From positions 1-14,012 of the forward strand of contig CBFFRP010000098.1 of assembly GCA_965644295.1 (NCBI GenBank): a DNA stretch of 14,012 nucleotides, in the 5' to 3' direction. Both the position numbers and the translations under genes were made by a program. This document shows, piece by piece, positions 1 to 9,726 of this stretch. The DNA is from Paraphysomonas bandaiensis (Eukaryota; Protista; Chrysophyceae). Under the pieces are notes generated by a model. The model did not search any database and was not told the origin of the DNA. It saw only the letters and a program-made list of their open reading frames with translations. Each line of letters starts with the position of its first letter. The first letter of the stretch is position 1.

Positions 1-352
1 ATGAGTGGGCGAAAATTATCTGCGGTGTTGAGTTCTGCAATATGATATGATATAATATATTGAAGTGAGTTAATAGTGTGCAATAGATGAAGTCAACTCA
101 TAGGTGTAACGGGTGATTATAGGTGCAAAGGAATTACATTCAGTTACTGATGTCTGACTATACTAGATATAGAACTGACTGATGAACATAGGATAAACAG
201 ATGTTTTATCAGATGTTACACGAATATGTAGTGAAGTGTTCAGAGTAATAGCTATAATTATTTCTTATTTGAAAGTGCACTGTGTTCAACACAGTAAGTT
301 AAGGTTTAAGTGTAGAGCAAAGTTAACTTCAGTGAAATGTCCAATTCTAAAA

Positions 353-446
353 TGCGGACTATGCAGAATGCGGCTCACATTAGTTTCCCAGAGAAATGTA
401 TCTCAGAACACCACGAAAAGGTGCGAGCCCGACATTGTTGAGGGCA
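353..446 (-). pseudogene. Remnant of an unknown coding family, paralogous to 6155-6261
   Basis: The reverse complement aligns with 6155-6261. The copies translate as ALNNVGLAPFRGVL and ALNKVGLAHFRGVL, with three synonymous third-position differences. Confidence 0.55.
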
Positions 447-749
447 TAAAGCATAAAGTACATTGCCAACATAATTTAGCGCTCTTGTAGCCACCACTGA
501 TAAACACCTGTGCCTTGAATCATCACATTTCTGTTTTACAGTTATATACCTATACAGTATGTTGACTGCGTATTAGTTTCGTTTTTACATGTATTTAACG
601 AATTATACACTTCTATCTTAGGGGAATATACATATTTCAACTCCCCCACTTATTCTGTAGAAATGATTATCGCTATAATACTGCAGCTCTATTTTTTTCT
701 TCTAAAACTAGCCATATAGGATAAGTGAATATGAAAACTTATTAAAGAT

Positions 750-1350
750 ACTGTGTACTCCAAACTCGCTGTAGGCGGTACTATTGATTTTATTCCACTT
801 CATTGGATATATACTCCTCTTCCAGTAGTTTGCTATCGTTCCAGCATGAGAGAACACAATGTACCCTACAGTATGGCACCAGCCCATCCAGAATCATTAA
901 CACATAGATCAACCTACTCCACTTTATACACTGCTATCCACTCTAGTATTTCAATAGTTGAATTGCTAACCTACAAGATGCGTACGTAGGCTTACTACAC
1001 TATCTCGTCAGCAATCCGACAGCATAGGCGAGGTATGGTTGCGTATGTAGTACTAAATACAAAATAATGATGCTATGGTATGAAATAAATGTTGATACCC
1101 ACTGTTCCTGTTCTGATGTAAGCTCCCGTTCTGCAGCTAATAGTTCCTGCGTATTTGGTGCTAATCTCTTGTTCTTCCTACTATTATGTCCAATGATTGG
1201 ATGAAATTTCCGAAATATTTTCTCCGCATAATATTTTGTGTGAGATCGTTTTCGAACCAATTCGCAGTAAGCCTTCATCTATTGGTAGGTACGTATAACA
1301 TATAGTCGTCTTCATCCCTAGATATAACAAAACGCAGAGCTCATGTCAAG
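750..1350 (-). mobile_element. Decayed Ty1/copia LTR retrotransposon remnant (RT C-terminal part and start of RNase H)
   Basis: The minus-strand ORF 1000..1278 contains YYAEKIFRKF and YHSII-ILYLVLHTQPYLAYAVGLLTR, matching the copia RT consensus Y.EKIL.KF and YRS.VG.L.YL...TRPDIAYAVG.LSR. Past the stop it reads CSKPTYASCRLAIQLLKY, then in shifted frames NDSGWAG (cf. SDADWAG) and GYIVFSHAGTIA (cf. GYVF...GGPISW). There are several stops and frameshifts, and the ends are approximate. Confidence 0.8.
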
Positions 1351-1743
1351 TTGATGAACGCAATAATATATTATAATATCAATCACTACACTCTAATCCT
1401 TTTACTACAGAGATGCAAATGTAGTTGGCGCCACCTCTTGCTTCTCCTCTAGCCTTATATTTTTGTCTATATATTCAAGTTTCATGAACATACATATCTT
1501 TCCAACGAATAAGTTTGACCCCAAATGGTCGACGAACAATTATCTTGAATGCTTCACTTCTCTTCGTCGCGTTTGGCCTTCATCTAGTCGTGTGTCTATT
1601 TAAGGAGAGTAATCCGTGTCCTGAGAACTATTTGGTTTTTAGGGATGTTCAACCTTGCAGTACCTTCACAAAACTCCTCTATAGTTTACATTGGCGTCTA
1701 TATAATTGCCCCATTCTGAGCGCGTACTTAGGTAGATTCGGAT

Positions 1744-1817
1744 GGGGGTCGGGTGGGTACCTAACTAATACTTGATTTAAGTCCCATACGTTATTTGCTA
1801 GCTACCTACTGATCCCA
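1744..1817. repeat. Small imperfect inverted repeat (arms about 27 bp)
   Basis: tgggggtcgggtgggtacctaactaata resembles the reverse complement of the right arm, tgggatcagtaggtagctagcaaata. Confidence 0.45.
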
Positions 1818-2567
1818 ACTAGCTACATCATTATCACATGGTATTCAGCGCTGAATATGCAGTGAGACCCCGGGTGGGGTAGTGCTGAACTAAGCAATGT
1901 GTACATAGATAGAGGTGAGCAATCGCAGCAGCACTCAGCCGCACCCACTAGGGTATTGCTAACCCGAGGTATTTACTCCGGGTGCAGCCACTATATGTGA
2001 ATAATAAGGAAATGTAAGAAAGAAGAAAGGAAAATAAGAAGAGGAATGTGCTTGTTAATAGCCTTACAATAGCTCAGGCACCCCCAAGCTCTTATAATTG
2101 GACACCTCCAACTACGTGTTAAGGTGTAAGGCACTCTAACAAAAACTGAACAGCAAGCAGAACACAAAATAACTCACAAAGAACCACTCATGTTCTACAA
2201 GCTATCTAGAAACACACAATAACATCTAGAACAATATTCTACAAAAGATTGTACAAGATTTGGTTGATTATGTGGACATATCAGTTTTCTGGAACACTCC
2301 CGTAGAATGCTATGAAGACCAACTCCAACCAACAGAGTCTCCAGCACACCAAAATGAGAATATTGTCCAATCATATGCTTGTACTCGACAATATACCGTC
2401 ACTGTACTATAGACCATACACAGATATACAACAGCACAATACTGTATACTCAGAATCATATACAGCATCATACAATCGTATATACAGAGGAGTACAAGGT
2501 CTCATACATCCCGCATACCAGAGTAGCATCCAGGAGTATACAGCAAATACAGTAAATACGGTAAATA

Positions 2568-2747
2568 CGGCATACGACAAAAACAACAGTTGAGAAGAGA
2601 CTGAAGATGATGATGCTCGTAACACTCATTGCAGATACATGCCAACGCTCCATAACCAGTAAGAGATGAATGATGACACTTGGCACACTAGTCAAGTCCA
2701 TAATGACAGACGTCTGACGCAAGCCACGGCTCCAAACATCATGAACA
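2568..2747 (-). pseudogene. Degenerate RING-finger-like coding fragment
   Basis: A minus frame not listed in the ORF track reads CS*CLEPWLASDVCHYGLD*CAKCHHSSLTGYGALACICNECYEHHHLQSLLNCCFCRMP. This gives CxxC...CxH...CxxC...CxxCR spacing with two in-frame stops. Confidence 0.45.
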
Positions 2748-3660
2748 CGAGAAGTTAGAGTCCACTGCGCTCCACAGGAATATGAAGACCACACAGAGAG
2801 TACTAATGGCCTCATGACAAGATGAGTGGACCCTCAGGTGATACAATGTGTACATATACCATACATACGTCATATTCATGTCATGTATACATGCAGATCG
2901 TGCTTATGACAAGACTTGGATCTTATACAAGCACGTGTACACCATACCCTATAGTATGCAAGTGATAAGAGTGTGATAATGTATATAGATGGTGACACAC
3001 ATACATATAGAGATATTGGAAGGTATAGATGAACATGTATACACTACATTGATATCTAATTCTTTCTATCTGCAGCTAGAGAAGAATTAACACCAACACA
3101 GCATAGAGTGTTATATGTGTACAGTGTGATAATGGATAAGGTGCATAATGTATGTCATATGTGTATAGTGTGAGTGATGTTGGTGATATAGTAATAAGTG
3201 TGAGTGCATACAATGCAATATCAATACAATGATGACATGCAGTGCAAGGCATAGTGTTGTGTACATGCAAGCATACATATAATAATATACACAATATGTA
3301 TCACAAGCAAGAGGTCTCACTCTTACTAGCGTAGCCCATATAAGTATCCAACCATAGCCATAGTACTCACCAGTAGATAGACATCCAAATCTCACTCACA
3401 GGAGTATAGTTGAACGCCACAGCGTTACAAGGGGCCGCACGCAGTAATTAGTTACGCTGTCAATATGGGGCAATAATACTTCTACATTGTTACGTTGGAG
3501 GTATTTTGGCTAACCTCCTCCCCGGAGTGTTGCTGTCGTCTTTGTAGCTCCAGTAGAAACTATCCGATCTTTACTATATTAGTATAATATAAAACAACAT
3601 CATCAGGTACTGTTGTAGGTACTCCTCCTAGCTGCATAATTCTTTAACCAATCATATAGC

Positions 3661-3923
3661 TAAGTGAATTGATCTACCTATTGGGAGCTTTAGGTTGCAA
3701 AATACTTGGGAGCTTGTATTTTTGCTGTGATAAGTTTAGATAGTCATTCTGTTCTATGAACAACTTGGTTTTTAACGCCTAAGATCACTGAAAAGAGAGC
3801 GTGTGTATGCTTGTTTATGGAAACAAGAAAACAGAATGACTATCTAAACTTATCACGAAATACAAGCTTCCAAGTATTTTGCATTCTTAAACCCCCAATA
3901 GGCGGATCGGATCAATTAACTTA
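3661..3923. mobile_element. Foldback/MITE-like element with imperfect terminal inverted repeats of about 93 bp
   Basis: The left arm 3661-3753 is the reverse complement of the right arm 3830-3923, including a perfect core gtgataagtttagatagtcattctgtt / aacagaatgactatctaaacttatcac. Weaker pairing extends to about 3646/3941. No coding capacity. Confidence 0.75.
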
Positions 3924-5727
3924 CCGATATATCGATTAGTTCGAGATAAAGAGTAAGAAGAAGGCAAGACAGACACCCCCCTCTACCATATCGGCATCCG
4001 TTGTATATCAATATACTTCTTGCTCACTGCGTTTGCTTTGAGTGATTAATAACGAGAATGGTTGTACCTCTGTGCCTTGGGGCGACACACAAAGTAGTTC
4101 TCGTAGTAGCGGAGTATCGTACAGAAATGCGACTGGGTGCATTGTGTATGAAGCGAGAGGACCACGTACTGTCATCCATGTTATAGGCTACAGTTTCGAC
4201 ATCATCTATATCAAAAGTGACTATCAAGCGATGTATACCTGGATACAAGAACTGCTGTGGCTTCGAGGGTGTTGGTCGAGCGAGGATTACGGTAAGCGAA
4301 CCCACAATACATGGACAGTCAAAGTACGTGCAGCATGACACTTACTCCTAATACCATAATTGAAATTAAATATCATTGAAATAGCAGAGCACGTAAATCC
4401 AAGTGGTACGTTCAAAAGTGCAACACTGCATTATGTTAGAACCGATGATCATACTGTGGACACCTTTGCCAAATTATTGCGTGGTGTTATATACGAGAAG
4501 CATAAAAATGTGTCAACGTGAGGATTAGAAAAACTCTAGGGTAGTCATGAGAGAAAACTCAATTTAACGACACATAAGATTGTGAAGAGTTGACGATGGT
4601 GAAGCTAACTGCAATGCTGGAGTCATACGGTTACCAGTTTGTCCTATTCCGTTTTCGTGGTTGCGTATCTGTCAGTTATATCTTGTGGTATGAAGGATCT
4701 GTCTACAACTTTGAATTGGGAGAGTGTGTTGAGTTTTACTAACTTGTAAAGCAATTAAAAGCTGTAAATTATATCTCTTAAGAATTCAGTTTTTAAAAAC
4801 AGTATTATATAAATTTAATGAATTGATATATATTAGGTTAGACAAATGGATATATAGAAATGGCTGTATAAAATCGTGTCTACTTAAGATAGTAAAATAT
4901 TGGTTAGTAACAGTTACATTATTAATACAATGAATGATGAGAAATGATTATCACAAATTTTATTTTATTGAAGGTAGATTGTATTTTAAGTTCAGTTACT
5001 CACTTCTAGTTTTCAACGTCAAATTCTGTTACAGTGCCTAGTGTTTTTATCACAGATAACATATTAGTTAATAGAGACTATTTGAGAGCTGTGTGATTTC
5101 AGTTTCTTACTTCTATGAGTAAAAATTACAAATATTATTATTATTCTAGTGGCGTATTATTTGCTCCATTCTGAGCGTTTCTACTATTAATTAAAAATTA
5201 AAACTAGCATGGTTTACAGCCATGCTCTCCACGACATGACGCTCGTCAAATTCTACTGGCCGAGTACTTCAAGCTATTTTATAATCATTAGGTTGCATCT
5301 ATTGACTAGTTAAAGTTAATCAAACTAGATAGATTATGTTATTAGAATTGTATACACAATTGTGTTGTCAAGTAAAACTCATCAACAACATGATATAATT
5401 TGTTCATGTCATCTACTGATCAACTTCCGTATCTTGTACAGTCGTGGTATAATACTTCAGTTTCACATATATAGCTATATAGTATGTTTGACTACGTATT
5501 ACAGTTTCTCACATTGTATTCACCGTATTCCATAGAACTATCTTAGAGAGACATACGTATTCCAATACTAACGTGCGTATTCCAACAGCATCTTCATTTA
5601 TGTGTTAAAATATAACTGCGCGGGCTTGCTCATCATTTCTATAAATATATACATATACAAAGATGTGGCGTTTTATTCAAATGGATTTATTACTGGTTCA
5701 GCAATATGGGGAAGTAGAGTATTTATC

Positions 5728-5862
5728 TTAATGGCCTAAAGCACTCAACACAGGGGCAACAGCAGAGAGATCAGCAGCAGCCTCAGCCTTTGCCTTAAGA
5801 GCGGCCCTGGCCTTCTTCTCGGCGTAGTAAGCCTGCTCCTTGGCTTTTCTCTGAGCCTCAAT
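5728..5862 (-). pseudogene. RPL13A: Orphan 3' fragment of 60S ribosomal protein L13a (uL13)
   Basis: A GC-rich island whose minus frame reads IEAQRKAKEQAYYAEKKARAALKAKAEAAADLSAVAPVLSALGH*, matching the eukaryotic uL13 C-terminal helix (LE..RK.K...YY..KK). AATAAA motifs follow in the putative 3' UTR. No upstream part of uL13 is recognisable in the window. Confidence 0.8.
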
Positions 5863-5960
5863 TGATACAATTGAAATTATAACATTACTAACAGAAGTTG
5901 CCATTATTTGCTAAGGTTTTCTGTGGTTCTCAATTGATGCGATTGAAATTATAACATTAC
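5857..5960 (+). repeat. 32-bp direct repeat pair at the breakpoint of the RPL13A fragment
   Basis: ctcaattgatacaattgaaattataacattac (5857-5888) and ctcaattgatgcgattgaaattataacattac (5929-5960). Confidence 0.8.
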
Positions 5961-6154
5961 ACGATAAAGAACCTAAGTTGTATTCGGTGTGCTCAACACC
6001 AATCATTTACTTCTATAATGTACGAACCACACTCTCAGTAGTCGTACCCTGTATAGTCACTATCTTATACTTCAGTTTCATACTACAATATAATATAATA
6101 TATTAATTACATACATATAGATATAACTTTTGATCCTTGCATCTCACATAATAC

Positions 6155-6261
6155 TGCCCTCAACAAAGTTGGACTTGCACATTTTCGTGGTGTTCTGGAG
6201 GATATAAGTACCGGAGAGATTCTCTCTGGGAAACTAACATGAGTCGCAAACATAGTCAGCA
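6155..6261 (+). pseudogene. Remnant of an unknown coding family, paralogous to 353-446
   Basis: Reads ALNKVGLAHFRGVLEDISTGEILSGKLT*VA and aligns with the reverse complement of 353-446. Confidence 0.55.
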
Positions 6262-6489
6262 GATAGATATTGTTCTGCCCACTCATAGCCGAATGCTTGT
6301 GTGGTACAAGGGACACCAATATAAGTGTCACTTGTGTAGACGTCTTTGGACCCTGACGAATAAACAGGCATCCGGAAATGGGCCCACCACCTCAACGGCA
6401 TCCGGGACAGGGCCCACCTGAAGGGTAACCGGGGTATTGGGCTGCCTGCTGAAGTCAAGCATACGGGATGTTCACCTTAAGGACTCAGA

Positions 6490-6766
6490 ACGGAAGTGGT
6501 TGCACCTTGGTGCTTGCGGCAACGCACAAGCCGCTTCTGTAGGACAATAGCGTTTGTATTAATTAGTTACGGGTGGAGGTCTCACTAGGTTGACTAGCAT
6601 TCATTCATCTACTAGCTACTAAACTACGGAAGTGGTCGCACCTTGGTGCTTGCGGCGACGCACAAGCAGATTCTGTAGCGTTAAATAGTAGGATAAAAGA
6701 GTTTGTATTGATTAAGTTACGGGTAGAGGTCTAAATAGCATGTCTAGCATTCCTCTAGCCACTAAA
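6490..6766 (+). repeat. Diverged tandem repeat, 2 x about 136 bp, each unit starting with a conserved branched hairpin
   Basis: Units start at 6490 and 6626 with acggaagtggtYgcaccttggtgcttgcggcRacgcacaagc...ttctgtag...gtttgtatt...agttacgggtRgaggtct...ctagcattc...ctagcYactaaa. Confidence 0.85.
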
Positions 6767-7044
6767 TTGGTGCAGGTTTTCAACGACTATTGCTAGAAAA
6801 TAAGACATTCAATATATATATACATATTACTGCACTCAATTGCAAGCATATAGAATCTTCAGATCTCAACACTTTCAATTGCTCGAATATATAGCAGAAC
6901 TCAACAGACCGCTATAGGGGTATACTGGTTTACTTTGCTCACTAACTAAACCGATGTTGCTACATAGCACTTATAACTAGACTTTCAATATATATATAAG
7001 ATATTAATTTATTATGATGCATCTCATACGCGATACTGGTTCGG

Positions 7045-9303
7045 TTAAACTTCTGAACTTATTTTCAAACTTTCACCAAAACTAAAGGGCATATCCTCGT
7101 CACTATTATCGCTATCCTCATCGTCGCCATCGCCATCATGATCATTGCCATTTCGTTCGTCTCCTGTGAAGAAGAACTCGTATTTCAAATCATCACTAAG
7201 TTGAACGCCATATGCATCTGAAAGTGCATTACGAAGTGATTCAAATGAAAAAAAAATTTGTGATTTGCACAGCTCTCTAATTTGTTTCGCACACCGACCT
7301 GCGGCTGATTGACTCATATACTCCCGAAGAACTGATGTTAAAATTGATAATCTACTAGAATGAGGGTCAACGACGGAGCAAGCACAAGGATGGAACGAAA
7401 GACAAGAATGAAAATGTTTCAGTTCTTTGCGTGACATTATCACACACCTATCATTAGGAAGTCGGACTTTTCTTTTTCCATAGGTTGCTAAAGCAGAAAA
7501 TATACAAAAAACGACTAACATACCATTCACCGATGGTTTTGGCATCAGTTTAATGTACTTCGAAAGAGCACCAGTTGTCAGCGGCTTTGCTTCACGTTTG
7601 CGCTGATCCAGAAATAAGACAGTTCTACCGCAAACCGTATGTAATACGAAATAAAGGTCCACGCCTTTGCCCCCTGAGCCATTTACAACAATATGGCACA
7701 TACTAGATTCGAACAAATTAACTGTTCGAAGAAGATTCTCACTTTCTGGAATAGAGTTCAAATTAGATTCTTCGGCCAACTCATTGTCCGCGAAAAACAC
7801 CTCCGCTGGTCTTAGTTGAACAACCACTGGACGAATAGTACTCAAATTTGTACGTGCGCCAGGAAAAAGATCGTTGATAGATATTGTCTCTCGACCAAGT
7901 ACTAGCAATGCATTTATACGAAGACAGTGGAAATGCGCACCAAACAACTCCCATTTGTACCAGGGCACATCGGATATTGACGCCAACTCATGAATAATTC
8001 TGAGAGAGTCCATGAAACGAATTCTGCATAGAGATTGCGAAATGTCATCTCTATGATCGCACGCTAAACATTGCAAAATTCCTACATACGGAATAGTTAC
8101 GTACTCTGAATCACCACAAGAGGTAAATTCTACTAGACCACGGTCAGCCATTTGTTGCCATGTTGGTTTTGACACTTCGGGACTTCGTACGCTATGGCTT
8201 ACTAATGAGATTCCAGGCGAATCTGCGGGGGAAACAGAGGTCCTACTCACACAATAGGCTACCAGGGTGAGAAGAGAATTACCATCTAACAAAAGTCTCC
8301 ATTGATTAGAATGTTCGTTGGAGATATCATTGCGAATCTGTTTAATCCTATTGGCTGTGGGAAACTTGTCAAGCAGATGACACTCATTTTGAATTCTCCG
8401 ACTAAAATTTACAACACTTCTTGGAATATTACCTAGTGTGAATAAGCATTGCTGAAACACTTCACTGCGAATGGTTTCAGGATATATGTTCGACGCGATG
8501 CCTGCGTAGTTGCGCTGAAATGGGATATTTATCTTGGTACATAAATCTCGAGAAGATGAAGTACTACTAATTCGCTCCCATTCAGTACCAGCGAACATGG
8601 TATACAAGTGAACATTATGATTTTTGTTTAAATAAAGAGTTGCCTCAAAGAGAAGTGTCATCAAGCGGTCTAACTTATCTATTCCGTCTTCTTCAAGTCC
8701 TGTAATACTCTGAAATTCGTCAATGCCAAGAAAAAAAGAAATCGGATTACTTTCATCAAATGTATCTCTTTTGGAGCTCAACACTGCAAGTATTGCCTCC
8801 GAGATAGTGAGTCCATCGTAAATATTAGAATTTTCTAGAAGATTCATGTGCTGTCGAAACTCGGAGCCGTCAAAAAAGTGGCGTTGTAGAATCCTCCATG
8901 CAAAAGTTTTTTCAATAGCACAGACATTATCAACAGAACACAATCCATGACCATTAAAATATAAAACTAATAAACCAGTGCGGTTAGTTGATGATATTCC
9001 CATCATATCAAACATAGATAACCATTCTTCAAGTAGTCTGGTCTTTCCAACCCCAGATATACCCACACAAACAGGATGTTTATAATCTGTTCGATTAGTT
9101 GAATTATTAGAAAAACTTTTTTGACGAAGTTTCCATATTTCAGTAATTCTTTTAAGGATATCATAACGTCCATATAGAGGTATCTGACGATCCTCATTAC
9201 TGTGACAATATATAAATGGATTGCTCTCAATTCCACCTAATTGAAAGATTTCATTCATCAGATTTGTATGATAAGATTTTATTTCTTGTATTTGATATGT
9301 CAT
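7045..9303 (-). CDS. Crinkler (CR)-type effector/toxin: P-loop NTPase + PD-(D/E)xK restriction-endonuclease-fold domain + C-terminal helix-hairpin-helix, acidic tail
   Basis: Intact, intronless 752-aa ORF. Walker A GISGVGKT (near 9063), Walker B FFLGIDEFQ (near 8720), MFAGT and LGNIPR. Then WYKWELFGAHFHCLR, VVNGSGGKGVD and LFLDQRK (QxK-type REase motifs), followed by a ComEA-like HhH (VDPHSS...AKQIRELCKSQIFFSFESL). This NTPase+REase+HhH order is typical of CRN-family proteins. Confidence 0.8.
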   Translation of the reverse strand: MTYQIQEIKSYHTNLMNEIFQLGGIESNPFIYCHSNEDRQIPLYGRYDILKRITEIWKLRQKSFSNNSTNRTDYKHPVCVGISGVGKTRLLEEWLSMFDMMGISSTNRTGLLVLYFNGHGLCSVDNVCAIEKTFAWRILQRHFFDGSEFRQHMNLLENSNIYDGLTISEAILAVLSSKRDTFDESNPISFFLGIDEFQSITGLEEDGIDKLDRLMTLLFEATLYLNKNHNVHLYTMFAGTEWERISSTSSSRDLCTKINIPFQRNYAGIASNIYPETIRSEVFQQCLFTLGNIPRSVVNFSRRIQNECHLLDKFPTANRIKQIRNDISNEHSNQWRLLLDGNSLLTLVAYCVSRTSVSPADSPGISLVSHSVRSPEVSKPTWQQMADRGLVEFTSCGDSEYVTIPYVGILQCLACDHRDDISQSLCRIRFMDSLRIIHELASISDVPWYKWELFGAHFHCLRINALLVLGRETISINDLFPGARTNLSTIRPVVVQLRPAEVFFADNELAEESNLNSIPESENLLRTVNLFESSMCHIVVNGSGGKGVDLYFVLHTVCGRTVLFLDQRKREAKPLTTGALSKYIKLMPKPSVNGMLVVFCIFSALATYGKRKVRLPNDRCVIMSRKELKHFHSCLSFHPCACSVVDPHSSRLSILTSVLREYMSQSAAGRCAKQIRELCKSQIFFSFESLRNALSDAYGVQLSDDLKYEFFFTGDERNGNDHDGDGDDEDSDNSDEDMPFSFGESLKISSEV

Positions 9304-9347
9304 TTTAATTGAGGTTTATATTATTCTACTGTATGTTTAATGATACT

Positions 9348-9631
9348 CATCTCTACTGGATTATTAAGGCAGATATCTAGATATGTACACAGTACTATAA
9401 CCCTAACCCTAATAGTACGACGTTCCTACGGGAAGTGGTTGGTGTGCAAATCGATTTTACGGTCATTGTTTTTTTCATTATTTTTTAAGTGAAAAGTGGT
9501 TTTTTACGAAAAAAAACGACCAAAAATTATTGATGAACTAAATCAGTGCCACCAAGCAAAATCGATTTGCACAACCACTTCCAGTACTGTACATATCTAG
9601 ATATGTGCCTGTTAATCAGCCAGTAGAGATG
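9348..9631. mobile_element. Foldback/MITE-like element with TIRs of about 74 bp; the left arm is interrupted by a telomere-repeat-containing insert
   Basis: The reverse complement of 9558-9631 (catctctactggctgattaacaggcacatatctagatatgtacagtactggaagtggttgtgcaaatcgatttt) matches 9348-9458 apart from an insert of about 34 bp (9397-9430). The termini are CA...TG, and CT flanks both sides (possible 2-bp TSD). Confidence 0.75.
9398..9412 (+). repeat. Short telomeric repeat TAACCCTAACCCTAA (TTAGGG type)
   Basis: 2.5 units closed by a 6-bp stem, gtacta (9392-9397) / tagtac (9413-9418). Confidence 0.6.
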
Positions 9632-9726
9632 CTGTGACAACGTCCCGGAATGCTGTGACACCAGTATGGTGCAGTTTGAATATATATATATTTGCCGGAC
9701 ATGTCAAACGTGTAGTTGACAATTGG

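Noticed and set aside
2312-3395. Several 70-115 aa ORFs rich in Tyr/His/Cys/Thr
   Set aside because: Their composition reflects CA/TG/TA-rich decayed DNA; only the interrupted RING-like frame has a recognisable pattern.
353-6261. A single 5.9-kb TIR transposon bounded by the inverted homologous segments
   Set aside because: No TSD or transposase is seen, and the synonymous substitution pattern points to coding remnants instead.
6368-6419. 30-bp-period GC-rich duplication (ggcatccgg...gggcccacc) and ORFs 6107-6458
   Set aside because: A real but tiny duplication; no frame gives an assignable protein.
6490-6766. CRISPR array or hammerhead ribozyme interpretation of the tandem repeat
   Set aside because: Only two units, with homologous rather than unique spacers, no cas genes, and no CUGANGA/GAAA catalytic core.
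6803-6998. 20-bp direct repeat agacWttcaatatatatata
   Set aside because: Mostly a TA microsatellite; too little information to call a TSD or LTR.
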